Below are positions 1 to 10,121 of a stretch of DNA of 64,000 nucleotides, in pieces. The notes under the pieces are model-generated. The model did no database searches. It was not told the origin of the DNA and saw nothing but the letters and a program-made list of their open reading frames with translations. Source of the DNA: an uncultured Acidobacteriota bacterium (GTDB lineage Bacteria > Acidobacteriota > Vicinamibacteria > Vicinamibacterales > 2-12-FULL-66-21); NCBI GenBank assembly GCA_963797715.1, contig CAWCQS010000007.1, positions 24,566 to 88,565 of the forward strand, read 5' to 3'. Position 1 is the stretch's first letter. Each line of letters starts with the position of its first letter. Made by a program: the position numbers and the translations under genes.

Positions 1-309
1 GGGCTTGAACGTCGCATCCCCTCGACTGCTGATCGCGCTCGTCACGTAGATGCGATCGCCCCAGACGATCGGGCTGGAGTGGGCAAGGCCTGGGATTTTG
101 ACCTTCCAGCGGATGTTCGCGCCGGTGACGCCGTTGAAGGTGTCTGGCAAATCCTGGCCATCGGCCACGCCCGAAGCCGAGGGTCCGCGGAATCCGGGCC
201 AGTCGGTCGTGGCGGCCGTGCGTGCCGCAGGCGCGAGCAGAGCCGCCAGGGCGATACAGGCCAGGGAGATGGAGATGTTTCGCAGTCGGATCGGTGGTAA
301 ACGTCTCAT
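1..309 (-). CDS. PQQ-like (BamB-type) beta-propeller repeat protein, N-terminal part; gene runs off the left edge
   Basis: Absent from the ORF track because it is open at position 1. The reverse strand from ATG (309..307) reads [103 protein letters not shown] with no stop. That is a signal peptide followed by the WPxFRG...SSPIVWGD motif, which is shared with the paralogue at 4927..6343. Confidence 0.8.
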   Translation of the reverse strand, partial: MRRLPPIRLRNISISLACIALAALLAPAARTAATTDWPGFRGPSASGVADGQDLPDTFNGVTGANIRWKVKIPGLAHSSPIVWGDRIYVTSAISSRGDATFKP

Positions 310-349
310 GCGGTTCGAGAGTATTATCTGAGAAGTACGGAGGAGTTGA

Positions 350-904
350 ATGCGTAATGCGGTGATTTTCGCGGCGGTGCTGATGATGTCGAATGCAGCA
401 AACGGACAAACCCCGGCGGCCGGCGAGCAGGCCCCGGCAGTCGAGTTGAAAATCGGCGATCAGGCCCCTGATTTCAGCCTGCAGGGCTCCGATGGCAAGA
501 CCCACAAGCTGTCGGACTACAAAGGCAAGAAGGCCGTCGTCCTCGCCTGGTTCCCCAAGGCGTACACGAGCGGCTGCACCATCGAGTGCAAGTCGCTGGC
601 GGAAAACGGCGACAAGATCCGGAAGTTCAACGTCGCGTACTTCATGGCGAGCGTTGACGCGCTCGAGGACAACAAGGGATTCGCCGAGAAGGAGAAGGCG
701 GACTTCCCGCTCCTGAGCGACCCGACGAAGGCGACGGCGACAGCCTACGGCGTGCTCAACCCCGGTGGCCTCGCCAAGCGCTGGACGTTTTACATCGGTA
801 AGGACGGCAAGATTCTCGGCATCGACAAGGCGGTGCAGCCGAAGACGTCGGCCGAGGACATGGTCACGAAGCTTGGCGAGTACGGTGTCGAGCCGGCGAA
901 GTAA
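350..904 (+). CDS. Secreted AhpC/TSA-family peroxiredoxin (Bcp/redoxin-like)
   Basis: 184-aa ORF with GGAGG a few nt upstream of the ATG. It has a signal peptide ([19 protein letters not shown]) and a thioredoxin-fold peroxidase core, [40 protein letters not shown]. Confidence 0.85.
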   Translation: MRNAVIFAAVLMMSNAANGQTPAAGEQAPAVELKIGDQAPDFSLQGSDGKTHKLSDYKGKKAVVLAWFPKAYTSGCTIECKSLAENGDKIRKFNVAYFMASVDALEDNKGFAEKEKADFPLLSDPTKATATAYGVLNPGGLAKRWTFYIGKDGKILGIDKAVQPKTSAEDMVTKLGEYGVEPAK

Positions 905-935
905 CGATCATCCGTAGGGCGCCGAACTCCAGAAG

Positions 936-960
936 AGGGCCGAACTAAAGTTTCGGCCCT
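936..960. terminator. Bidirectional stem-loop between convergent genes
   Basis: AGGGCCGAA-ctaaagt-TTCGGCCCT forms a 9-bp perfect stem with a 7-nt loop, followed by ACTTTTG on the + strand. It overlaps the stop codon of the minus-strand cyclotransferase gene. Confidence 0.6.
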
Positions 961-1756
961 ACTTTTGTGGCACGAATTTGATCTCGAACAGCTTCGGCCA
1001 CCACTTCCCCGTCACGAACAGCCGATCGCCCTTCGCGTCGTAGGCAATCCCGTTCAGCACATCCGTGCCGACCGCCTCGCGCGGATCGAGCAGGCCTGCG
1101 AGATCAATCCAGCCGACGACGTCACCGGTCTTGGGCGAGATTCGCGCGATGCGGGTGGTCTGCCAGATGTTGGCGAGGATCTCGCCGTTGACGAACTCGA
1201 GCTCGTTCAGGTTCTTGATCGCGACACCGTTGTCCTTGACGGTGATGCGGCCGGCCTCTTTGAACGTCGCCGGATCGAGGAAGCGAATGACGGCCGAGCC
1301 GTCGCTCATGATGAGCCGCGTGCCATCGTGCGTCAGGCCCCAGCCCTCGCCGGTGTAGTTGAAGCTGCGAGTCTGTTTGAACGACGACTTGTCGTAGACG
1401 AATCCAGTCTCGGATTGCCACGTGAGCTGCACGATGGTGTCGCGCCAGACGGTGATGCCCTCGCCGAAGTACTTCGAGTCGAGCGGCTGCTGCTGCAGCA
1501 CTTCTCCGGTCTCGAGCTTGACGCGACGAATGCCAGACTGTCCGTGCTGGCCCGTGCCTTCGAAGAGAACTCCGTCGACGTACTGCAGCCCCTGCGTAAA
1601 CGCCTGCCGATCGTGGGGATAAACCTTGACGACGCGGTAGCCGGCGACCGGCGCCGGTCCTTTCTTCTGTTGCGCGCTGGTGATGTTCGCCATAGCGGTC
1701 ACCGTCAACGTCGCGCCGAACGCGAGCGTCAGCAGCCGGGGAATGCGGGTGGGCAT
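959..1756 (-). CDS. Glutaminyl-peptide cyclotransferase (plant/bacterial beta-propeller type)
   Basis: 265 aa with a signal peptide. Family-typical string: YRVVKVYPHDRQAFTQGLQYVDGVLFEGTGQHGQSGIRRVKLETGEV...FGEGITVWRDTIVQLTWQSETGFVYD...GEGWGLTHDGTRLIMSDGS...LNELEFVNGEILANIW. Confidence 0.9.
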   Translation of the reverse strand: MPTRIPRLLTLAFGATLTVTAMANITSAQQKKGPAPVAGYRVVKVYPHDRQAFTQGLQYVDGVLFEGTGQHGQSGIRRVKLETGEVLQQQPLDSKYFGEGITVWRDTIVQLTWQSETGFVYDKSSFKQTRSFNYTGEGWGLTHDGTRLIMSDGSAVIRFLDPATFKEAGRITVKDNGVAIKNLNELEFVNGEILANIWQTTRIARISPKTGDVVGWIDLAGLLDPREAVGTDVLNGIAYDAKGDRLFVTGKWWPKLFEIKFVPQK

Positions 1757-1781
1757 GACAAAGGCAATGTACCACTACAGG

Positions 1782-1787
1782 TATAAT
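1782..1787 (+). promoter_or_regulatory. Candidate -10 box (TATAAT) for the M28 peptidase gene
   Basis: A perfect TATAAT in a GC-rich divergent intergenic region, 27 nt upstream of the ATG at 1814. AGGAG lies between the box and the start. No well-spaced -35 element is visible. Confidence 0.3.
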
Positions 1788-1813
1788 CGCAGCACCGTTT
1801 TTCAGGAGACCGC

Positions 1814-3439
1814 ATGAAGAGAGCGTCGATGATCGCCGTCGGGGTGTCTGCAGCCATCGTCACGGCGGCGCCGCCCTTTCTCGCGGAAGAACGCATTGAT
1901 GTCGAAATCAACGCCAGGATCCGCAAGGAAGCCCAGGACAACTCGAAGATCCTCCGTACGATGCACTACCTGACGGACGTCTACGGCCCGCGACTGACCG
2001 GCTCGCCCAACCTCAAGGCGGCCGGCGAGTGGGCGATCAAGGAAATGGCATCGTGGGGCTTCGTGAACGGTCACCTCGAGGCGTGGGATTTCGGCCGCCC
2101 CGGCTGGACGAACGACGTCGCCATTGGCGCGATCGTCGCGCCGGTACGCGACAAGCTCGAATTCGAAGTGCTGGCGTGGACGCCAGGGACCGACGGCACG
2201 GTCAAGGCGAACGCGGTGAATATCGTTCCACCGACGCAACCGATGAAGGAAGAGCTCGAAGACCTATCTCGAGAGCGTCAAGGCGAACGTCGCGAACGCG
2301 ATCGTGCTGGTCGGCAAGTCAACACCCGTGCCGGTCAACCTCGAGCCGCCGGCGAAGCGCGCGTCCGACGAAGCGATGCGCGGCCGCTACAGCGGCACGC
2401 CCGGCGGCGGACGCGACGGCCGTGGCGGACGTGGCCGCGGTGACGCCACGCCTCCACGCGAAGGCGCGATGTCCAACAACGACGTCAACCTGCGCATCAA
2501 CGAGTTTCTGCTGACCAACAAGGTCAAGCTGCGCATCAACGACGCCGCGCGCGAGCACGGCCAGATTCGCGCGTTCCAGAACAACACCTACGACATCATG
2601 AAGGTCGTGCCGACGGTCGTGATGCGCAACGAAGACTACGGGCGCATCGCCCGCATCCTCGCCGATGGAACGCCGGTCGAGCTCCAGTTCACGATCGTCA
2701 ACACCATCTATCCGGACGGAAAGACGGCCTACAACACGATCTCCGAGATCGCAGGATCGGACAAGAAGGACGAGGTCGTCATGCTCGGCGGCCACCTCGA
2801 CTCGTGGCACTCGGCCACCGGCGCCACCGACAACGCGATCGGCTGCGCCGTGATGATGGAAGCGGCGCGGATTCTCAAGGCGATTGGCGTGCAGCCACGC
2901 CGGACGATTCGCGTCGCGCTGTGGAGCGGCGAGGAGCAGGGACTGCTCGGGTCGCAGGCCTATGTCAAGGAGCACTTCGGATCGTTCGAGGCGCAGAAGC
3001 CCGAGTACTCGCAAGCTCGTCGCCTACTTGAATATCGATTCCGGCACAGGCCGCGCGCGCGGCGCCAGCGTCTTCGGTCCGCCGGAGGCCGCCGCCGATT
3101 CTCCGCGAGTTCTTCAAGCCGTTCGAGGATCTCGGCGTCGTCGGCGCGTCGTCAACGAGCAGCCGCGCCACCGGCGGCACCGACTCGACGTCGTTCAACA
3201 ACGCCGGCCTCGCCGGCATCGGCTTCGGCCAGGATCCGATCGAATACAACAGCCACACCTGGCACACGAACCTCGATACCTACGAGCGGATCATCGAGCA
3301 GGACGTCAAGCAGTCAGCGATGACGATCGCGTCGGTGCTCTATCACCTGGCGATGCGCGACGAGATGCTGCCGCGCTTCCCCGACGCCGAGATGCCGCCG
3401 CTGCCGGCCGGCCGCGGCGCCGGCCGCGGCGCCCACTAA
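1814..3439 (+). pseudogene. M28-family metallopeptidase (aminopeptidase), interrupted by three +1 frame breaks
   Basis: The homologous reading passes through frames 2>0>1>2. Joins: EELED|[18 protein letters not shown] near 2263; EYS|[13 protein letters not shown] near 3008; PEAAA|[18 protein letters not shown] near 3097. The M28 core is present ([67 protein letters not shown]). Stop TAA at 3437..3439. Confidence 0.8.
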
Positions 3440-3481
3440 CGCCCGGGGGAAGCGCCCGCGGCTGCCGACCTCGGCTAGGCA

Positions 3482-4891
3482 GTGCGCCGGGCTGACCGCA
3501 TGACCATTACTGGCCGTTTCCGGCGGTTGCTTGCTCGTCTCCTCGGTCCGCCGCATCTGGAACCGGCTGCGGCGGTCATGACGGCGCCCGCACACGAGAC
3601 CGCGAACACGGTGGCGCCGCGCCGGCCGCTGGACGCGTGGACGATGTCCGATGACGCGTCGCTCGGCGCGATAACCGAGAGCGAGCTCGCTGCCTGGGAA
3701 AACCGCGACGTCCCGAGCATCGGGCGCACGTCCGACGCGGTCGAGACACTCGAAGACGAGAAGCAGGACATCGCAACCACGATCAATTTTCCGCTGCACT
3801 GGACGAGCGCGACGCTCAGCTGGAACTACCTGTTCGATGTCGCCGTCGCCTGTCAATTGCTCGCGCCGCGCCCCGACGACGTCGTCCTCGATTTCGCGGC
3901 GGGCACCTGCTGGGCCTCGGAGCTCCTGACCCGGCTGGGAGTGCGCACCGTCTCGATCGACCTCTCGACCGAGATGATGCGCCGCGGGCGCCTGCGCTTC
4001 GCGTCGGACAATCGACTGATCTTCCGCCATCAGGCCGGATTCGTCACCGCCCGCGGTCAGTCCCTCCCGTTCGCGTCCGAGAGCTTCGACGGCGTTCTCT
4101 GCATGAACGCACTGCATCATCTCCCATCGTATGCCGCCGCGCTCCGCGAGATTCATCGCGTGCTCAAGCCTGGCGGGCGCGCCGTGTTCTCGGAACCGGG
4201 CGTCGAGCACGCGGTCCAGCCGCTGTCGCGATTCCGGATGCGCGAAGAGGGAATCCTCGAGAAGAACGTTTCACTGCCGGTGATGCGTCGTTTGGCAGCC
4301 GACGCCGGCTTCACGCGCATGCGGGTGATTCCGTTGCGGTCGTCGGCGAACTACATCTTCGACTACACCGCAACAGCGGCTGACGGTGCGTCGCTCGAGC
4401 AACTGTGGGACGACACGCTGCGCCACGCTCCGCGCGAGCACGCGCGCTTCGCGCTGCACAAGGGTGACGATCCTCCCGCCGATTCGCTCCTCCCGGCCGA
4501 CCGCCTCGCCGGACGACTCTCGGCGCGAATCGTTCCCGAACGCCTGTCCCCGACCGTTCGCGCCGGCGCACATTTCACGGATCGACTCCGCATCGTGAAC
4601 ACCGGAACCGTCGTGTGGCGAGCCAAGGGACGGCGATTCGGGGGCCAGGTGACGTGCGGGCTGAAGATCTGTGGCCCTGGCGGCGAGGTGCTACGCGAGG
4701 ATCTCGGCCGCACGCCGTTGCCACACGACCTCGCGCCGGGCAAGGAAGTCGTCCTCGACATCGTCGTTGCCGCCGAGCTTCCCGTCGGCCGCTACGACCT
4801 GCGGTACGACATGGTCGTCGAAGGCGTCACGTGGTTCGAGCTCCAGGGTTCGCGTTGCCTCCGAACGCCTTTGGAAGTGGTGGCTAATTAG
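3482..4891 (+). CDS. Class I SAM-dependent methyltransferase with a C-terminal NBR1/Ig-like domain
   Basis: 469 aa. Methyltransf_11-type motifs VLDFAAGTCWASELL...FDGVLCMNALHHLP...LKPGGRAVFSEPG. The true start may be the ATG at 3500. Confidence 0.8.
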   Translation: MRRADRMTITGRFRRLLARLLGPPHLEPAAAVMTAPAHETANTVAPRRPLDAWTMSDDASLGAITESELAAWENRDVPSIGRTSDAVETLEDEKQDIATTINFPLHWTSATLSWNYLFDVAVACQLLAPRPDDVVLDFAAGTCWASELLTRLGVRTVSIDLSTEMMRRGRLRFASDNRLIFRHQAGFVTARGQSLPFASESFDGVLCMNALHHLPSYAAALREIHRVLKPGGRAVFSEPGVEHAVQPLSRFRMREEGILEKNVSLPVMRRLAADAGFTRMRVIPLRSSANYIFDYTATAADGASLEQLWDDTLRHAPREHARFALHKGDDPPADSLLPADRLAGRLSARIVPERLSPTVRAGAHFTDRLRIVNTGTVVWRAKGRRFGGQVTCGLKICGPGGEVLREDLGRTPLPHDLAPGKEVVLDIVVAAELPVGRYDLRYDMVVEGVTWFELQGSRCLRTPLEVVAN

Positions 4892-4926
4892 CTGCCAGCT
4901 CCCAGCTCCTACTTTCTGGATCCCAA
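4892..4926. repeat. Short heptad-periodic spacer (GCTGCCA GCTCCCA GCTCCTA ...) between convergent genes
   Basis: It fills the whole 35-nt gap between the stops at 4891 (+) and 4927 (-). It shares the CCAGCTCC/CTAC motif with 15861..15918 and 8561..8635. Confidence 0.6.
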
Positions 4927-6343
4927 TCACCCGCCGATCTTGTACAGCCTCGACTCCGTCCGGATGTAAATCGCACCACCAGCGATGGCTGGCGACGCGA
5001 GTGACATCTCGTCGAGGTCGTTTTTCGCAATCTCCTTGTACACGTCGCCATCTTCGAGCACGAACGTCACACCGCCTTCGGTCAGGAGATACACGCGATT
5101 CCCGGCGGCTACCGGCGACGCCGAGAACGTGTGACCGCCCCCGCCGACGCGCACCTTGTAGAGTTCTTTGCCGCTCCTTGCATCGAGCACAGCCAGGATG
5201 CCGGTGTCGTGAACGAGATACGCCCGGCCGTTGGCGACGAGCGCGGATGGCGTGTAGCCCGAGGCGCGCGGATGGCGCCAGGCGATGAAGTCGTTGCTCG
5301 TCGCACCGTCCTTGAGCGTGATGTCGCCAGACGCCCCGGGCTTGATGGCGAGGAACGGACGATTGGCGTCTCCCTGGGAGCCGCTGCCGACGTAGAGCCA
5401 GCCGTCGGACGCAAGCGGCGACGCCGTCGGCATCGACATCCCGGTCGCGCGCCACAGTTCCTTGCCGTCGAGACCGTACGACATCACCATCGAGTGCCCG
5501 AGCGTCACGATCTCGGTGCGCTTGTCGTTGGTCCACACGTAGGGTGTCGTCCAACCCGAACGCGGGAATCCAGTCTCGGGCCGCGTCGTGCGCCACAGCT
5601 CCGCGCCGGTTTTGCGCATCGAGCGCGAGTGAGATACGAGTCGGCCTCGCTGTCGTGCAGCAGGTACACCCGGCCGTCATGAACGACTGGCGACGATGCG
5701 GTGCCAAAGTCGAGGTAGATGGGCTGTGGCGGCCATTGCTTCTTCCAGAGGAACGTGCCGTCGAGCGTGTAGCAGAACAGGCCGACGTTTTGGCCGAACG
5801 ATACATACACGCGCTCGCCGTCCGTGAACGGTGTCTCTGACGCGTAGGTGTTCTTCCGGTGTCGTCCACCTGACGGTATGGCCCTGTGCGCCTCGCGCTC
5901 CCACTTGATCCTGCCTGTGGCCGCGTCCAGCGCGTAAATCATGTATCGAATCTCGTCCGACTCCTCCGGCGACTCGGTGTCGCGCGCGCGGACGCGCCGC
6001 ATCACCTCTTCGTCGGAAAGCCCCTTGCCCTGCAATTCGGCGATGTACTCGTTGCCGTAGAGCCCCGGCGTCGGCTGCTTGAATGGCTTGGTGCTGATGC
6101 CCGCTGTCAGGAACACGGTGTCGCCCCACACGATGGGTGACGACCAGCCCTGTCCCGGAATCGAAGTTTTCCAGCGAACGTTCTCCGTCGCGGACCACTT
6201 CTCCGGGACGGCTGATCCGGTGCGATCCCGGTCATGCCGTGGCCACGGAACCCAGGCCACGTCTCTTCAGGTTTTGGATTCGCGACAGCGGCTGATAGTG
6301 TGACGAGCAGCGTGACGAACGACGCGGCAGCGATGCGTGACAT
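4927..6343 (-). pseudogene. PQQ-like beta-propeller repeat protein, two frame breaks
   Basis: Three overlapping ORF fragments (6107..6382, 5505..6260, 4927..5619) read as one protein. It starts MSRIAAASFVTLLVTLSAAVANPKPEETWPGFRGHGMTGI...[29 protein letters not shown] and continues through propeller blades to ...AIAGGAIYIRTESRLYKIGG. Start ATG at 6343. Confidence 0.8.
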
Positions 6344-6412
6344 GCGTTCGAGTGTAACCTGTTCGCGTTCCACGACACTCATGTCATCGTGAACATCGTG
6401 TGGATGTCGTCG

Positions 6413-8278
6413 TCAACTGGATGACGCCCGGATCTCAGCCAGAAACTTTTCCCCCAAGTCCGCCGCCTTGCGCTCGCCCACACCATACACGTGACGCAAC
6501 GCATCCATCGTCGTCGGCTTCACCCGCGCCATGTCGCGGAGCGTCGTGTCGTGGAAGATGACGTAGGGCGGCACACCCCGCGCGCGAGCGATCTCCAGGC
6601 GGACGGCACGCAGTCGCTCGAACAGATCGCGGTCGACGTCCTGCCACGACTCGGCTTCGACGCCGCGGACGCGCTTGAAGACACGATCCTTCGTCGGCCG
6701 CCGCTGGCGCGCGAGCACGAGCCCAGCCTGTGCGTTCGGATCCTTGAGGAGCGCGACACCGGTGTCGGTCAACTCCAGCACTGGAAACTCCGAATCGGTC
6801 TGGCGCAGGAGCCCGTTGCCGGATAGCTGCTCGATGTAGCCGCGCACTTCCGGCACGCTCATCTCTTTGAGCAGACCGAACGTGCTCAGCTGATCGTGGC
6901 GTCTGGCGGCAACCTGATCGCTCTCGCTGCCACGGAGCACGTTCGTGACGTGCGCCGCGCCGAAACGCTGCCCGACGCGCGCCACGCAGGAAAGAATCTT
7001 TCTCGCCAGCACGACCGGATCGGCGACGGCTTCGAGCTCATCGAGACAGTAGTCGCAGGCGCCGCAGTCGGTCTTCTGATAGCTTTCGCCAAAGTAGCCG
7101 ATCAGATGCCGGTGGCGGCAGCCGACGCTCGAGGCGTACCGTTCGATGTCGCGCAACAGCGACCGCCGCGCGTCGGTGAGCTCACCGTTCTTCTCGAGCA
7201 TGACCCGCCACTTGAGGAAGTCGGCGGTCGAGTACACGAGCACGCACTCCGCTTCCAGCCCATCGCGCCCAGCACGGCCGGACTCCTGCTGGTAATGCTC
7301 GAGCGATTGCGGCGCACCTGCATGGACGACGAACCGAACATCCGATCGGTCGATCCCCATCCCAAATGCCACGGTCGCGACGACGACATCGGCGTGCTCG
7401 TCGAGGAAGGCATCCTGATTCCGGCTGCGCTCTTCGTCCGGCAGCCCGGCGTGATACGGCCTTGTGCGCACACCCGATTCGGACAGCCAGGCAGCGAGCG
7501 CATCCACTTCGCGCCGCGACGTGCAGTAGATGATCCCGGCCTGGCCGCGGCGCCGGTCCAGGACGTCCTGAATCTGCCGCTTCAAGTTTGCCCGAGCGAG
7601 CACCCGGTAAATGAGGTTCGGGCGGTCGAACGAGCCGACGAGCTCGAGCGGCGACTCCAAGCCGAGTTGCGAGGCGATGTCACGCCGCACCCGTGCCGTC
7701 GCCGTCGCGGTGTAGGCATGGAGGCTGATGCCGGGCAAAGCCGTGCGCAATCGGCCAAGCTGACGGTATTCAGGCCGGAAGTCGTGCCCCCATTGGCTGA
7801 TGCAGTGCGCCTCGTCGATCGCGACGAACTGGACGTCGCCGCGCGGCAGCTTGGCCAGAAATCCGTCGGCACCATCGCCGGCCACGCGCTCAGGCGAGAC
7901 ATAGAGCAGCCGGTAACGCCCCTCGCGAAGTCCCGCCGACACCGACGCCTTCTCGTCGGAGCTCAGCGTGCTGTTGTAGAGTGCGGCCGGCACACCGTTG
8001 CCGAGGAGCGTATCGACCTGGTCCTTCATCAGCGAGATGAGTGGCGACACGACGACGCCAAGGCCAGGGCGAACGAGGGCCGGCGCCTGAAAGCAGAGGG
8101 ATTTGCCGCCGCCGGTCGGTAAAACGACGAGCGAATCGCGGCGCCCGAGAATCGCGTCCATCGCCTGCCGCTGCAACGGACGGAACGAGGTATAGCCCCA
8201 GTAGCGCTCGAGAACGTCAGCGAGGTCGTCGCCAGTACCTGACGACACCGCGGTGGGAAACAACTCAGACACCCTCAA
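6413..8278 (-). CDS. recQ: ATP-dependent DNA helicase RecQ
   Basis: 621 aa, intact. Motifs LPTGGGKSLCFQ, DEAHCISQWGHDFRPEY, the RecQ-C zinc cluster (CRHRHLIGYFGE...CGACDYC) and a C-terminal HRDC-like region. Confidence 0.95.
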   Translation of the reverse strand: MRVSELFPTAVSSGTGDDLADVLERYWGYTSFRPLQRQAMDAILGRRDSLVVLPTGGGKSLCFQAPALVRPGLGVVVSPLISLMKDQVDTLLGNGVPAALYNSTLSSDEKASVSAGLREGRYRLLYVSPERVAGDGADGFLAKLPRGDVQFVAIDEAHCISQWGHDFRPEYRQLGRLRTALPGISLHAYTATATARVRRDIASQLGLESPLELVGSFDRPNLIYRVLARANLKRQIQDVLDRRRGQAGIIYCTSRREVDALAAWLSESGVRTRPYHAGLPDEERSRNQDAFLDEHADVVVATVAFGMGIDRSDVRFVVHAGAPQSLEHYQQESGRAGRDGLEAECVLVYSTADFLKWRVMLEKNGELTDARRSLLRDIERYASSVGCRHRHLIGYFGESYQKTDCGACDYCLDELEAVADPVVLARKILSCVARVGQRFGAAHVTNVLRGSESDQVAARRHDQLSTFGLLKEMSVPEVRGYIEQLSGNGLLRQTDSEFPVLELTDTGVALLKDPNAQAGLVLARQRRPTKDRVFKRVRGVEAESWQDVDRDLFERLRAVRLEIARARGVPPYVIFHDTTLRDMARVKPTTMDALRHVYGVGERKAADLGEKFLAEIRASSS

Positions 8279-8552
8279 TCACGACGAGCGTGCCTTCGGA
8301 CGTCGCTTGCCGGATAGCTCGCGCTTCGGCGTACTCCGGCGACGCCCACCACTCTTTCGCGCGGTCGACGCTGGGGAACTCGACGATGACGAGCCGGCCG
8401 GCCGGCGACTGTCCTTCGAGGACCTCGGTCCGTCCGCCGCGGGCGATGAACCGTCCGCCGAACGCGGTGATCGTCGGGAGCACCAACCGCCGGTAATCTT
8501 CGTACCGGACCGGATCCTTCACATCGACCATGGCAATGACGTAGGCGGGCAT
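8265..8552 (-). CDS. DUF1330 domain protein
   Basis: 95 aa: MPAYVIAMVDVKDPVRYEDYRRLVLPTITAFGGRFIARGG...VIVEFPSVDRAKEWWASPEY. It overlaps the recQ start by 14 nt. Confidence 0.85.
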   Translation of the reverse strand: MPAYVIAMVDVKDPVRYEDYRRLVLPTITAFGGRFIARGGRTEVLEGQSPAGRLVIVEFPSVDRAKEWWASPEYAEARAIRQATSEGTLVVIEGV

Positions 8553-8560
8553 ATTCCTAG

Positions 8561-8635
8561 CTTCCAGCTCTCAGCTCTCAGCTCTCAACTTCGAGAGCTG
8601 ACAGCTGGGAGCGGTCAGCTGAGAGCTGAAGCTCC
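8561..8635. repeat. Heptad-periodic hairpin element: (CTCTCAG)n arm facing an (AGCTGAG)n arm
   Basis: Reads in strict 7-nt register: CTTCCAG CTCTCAG CTCTCAG CTCTCAA CTTCGAG AGCTGAC AGCTGGG AGCGGTC AGCTGAG AGCTGAA. The left arm pairs with 8593..8612 at 18 of 20 positions. A second copy of the right arm allows alternative pairing. Confidence 0.85.
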
Positions 8636-9396
8636 ACTATCAGACTACAGCATGTCACTCCCGCTTCGGCCTTCGCCAGCTCCGAGACATCGACGGCGCA
8701 GACGTCGTAGCCGTCCGACTGCAGCATCGCGGTTGTCCGGGCATGGCTCGCAGCGGCGATGAGCGTGCGGCCGATGCGGAGGACGTTCGCTGCATACGGC
8801 TCCGACGGATCGACATCAATCACCGTTATGCCGGCGCGACGAAAGATGTCAGCGTCGATCCACTCGGGATTGGCGAGGACGTGGTTCGAGTCCACGGCAG
8901 TGACTGCCGATTTGAGGTGAAGACATGCCGCGGTCTGCACGCATTCGACGCCGTATCCGAACGGCGACGTCAGCTGTGCGAGTTGCGCCGCACCATCTTC
9001 GTTGGTTCGCGTCGACAGGCCGACATACAAGGTTCGGCCGAGCCGCAGCACGTCGCCGCCGTCGAGGGTCCCCGGCGCAAGGATGGCGTGCAGCGTCCGG
9101 AATTCGGCAAGAATCGGCGATATCGTGTCGCACTCGAGCCTGCGTGATGCGGCGCCAGGGCGGGTGACGATCGCGAGCTCGTCGAGCACGATCGCAACGT
9201 CCTCGACAAACACCGAATCCGGCAGATCGTGCGCCGCCGGCGCGTACCGCACGGTACAGCCCAGCGATCGCAGGGCCTCTTCATACTGCGCATGCTGCGC
9301 CGACGCCACTGCGCGATCGATCGGGACGCGCACGAGATGCGTCAGCTCGCAGCGCGCGAGACTCTCGGGCACGGGGCGCGTGATGGCGATCCGCAT
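8578..9396 (-). CDS. Dimethylarginine dimethylaminohydrolase (DDAH) / amidinotransferase-fold protein
   Basis: 272 aa: MRIAITRPVPESLARCELTHL...SVFVEDVAIVLDELAIVTRPG...AEAGVTCCSLIV. The last ~17 codons (ELQLSADRSQLSALEVES) run into the heptad repeat, so the real C-terminus is uncertain. Confidence 0.8.
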   Translation of the reverse strand: MRIAITRPVPESLARCELTHLVRVPIDRAVASAQHAQYEEALRSLGCTVRYAPAAHDLPDSVFVEDVAIVLDELAIVTRPGAASRRLECDTISPILAEFRTLHAILAPGTLDGGDVLRLGRTLYVGLSTRTNEDGAAQLAQLTSPFGYGVECVQTAACLHLKSAVTAVDSNHVLANPEWIDADIFRRAGITVIDVDPSEPYAANVLRIGRTLIAAASHARTTAMLQSDGYDVCAVDVSELAKAEAGVTCCSLIVELQLSADRSQLSALEVES

Positions 9397-9413
9397 CGAT
9401 GTGACAGAATATC

Positions 9414-10079
9414 TTGATGCAGGCGGCGATAGATTTCATCCTTCACATCGACGATCACCTCTTCGAGCTCGCACCCACGTACGGCTCGTGGGTGTACGGG
9501 GTCATTTTTCTCATTGTCTTTGCCGAAACCGGGCTGGTGGTGACGCCCATCCTGCCAGGTGATTCGTTGCTTTTTGCCGCCGGCGCACTGTGCGGCGCGG
9601 GACTGCTCAACCCGGCGATCATGGCGGCAGTGCTCCTGGCCGGGGCGATTCTCGGCGATGCGGTCAACTACAGCGTCGGCCGCAGCCTCGGGCCGAGGGT
9701 CTTCTCCGCGCACGATCAAGGCAGCCGGCTGCACCGGCTCCTGAATCGCGAGCACCTCGAGAAGGCGCATGCGTTCTTCGAAAAGCACGGCGGCAAGGCC
9801 ATCGTCATCGCGCGGTTCGTGCCGATCGTGCGAACGTTCGTGCCATTCGTTGCCGGCGCGGGCTACATGACCTACACATCATTTGCGTTCTACAACGTCG
9901 CCGGCGCGGTGCTGTGGGTTGCGTCGTGCTTCGGCCTGGGCTACCTCTTCGGCAATATCCCCATCGTCAAACAGAACTTCTCGGCCGTCGCGCTCCTCAT
10001 CATCTTCATCTCCGTATTGCCGGTCGTCTGGGAGTTCATCAAGGCCCGCCGGCCCAAGGGTCAGCTCTCGATTTTCTGA
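9414..10079 (+). CDS. dedA: DedA-family (SNARE-associated/VTT) membrane protein
   Basis: 221 aa, multi-TM. Family motif FAETGLVVTPILPGDSLLFAAGAL and ...GKAIVIARFVPIVRTFVPFVAGAG. Confidence 0.9.
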   Translation: MMQAAIDFILHIDDHLFELAPTYGSWVYGVIFLIVFAETGLVVTPILPGDSLLFAAGALCGAGLLNPAIMAAVLLAGAILGDAVNYSVGRSLGPRVFSAHDQGSRLHRLLNREHLEKAHAFFEKHGGKAIVIARFVPIVRTFVPFVAGAGYMTYTSFAFYNVAGAVLWVASCFGLGYLFGNIPIVKQNFSAVALLIIFISVLPVVWEFIKARRPKGQLSIF

Positions 10080-10121
10080 TCCGCCTGAGCGACCATCAGA
10101 GAATCGCGATCTGACGGCGCA

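Noticed and set aside
6896-8122. 408-aa ORF on the plus strand
   Set aside because: It is antisense to the intact recQ gene, has a low-information Arg/Ala-rich sequence, and matches no family.
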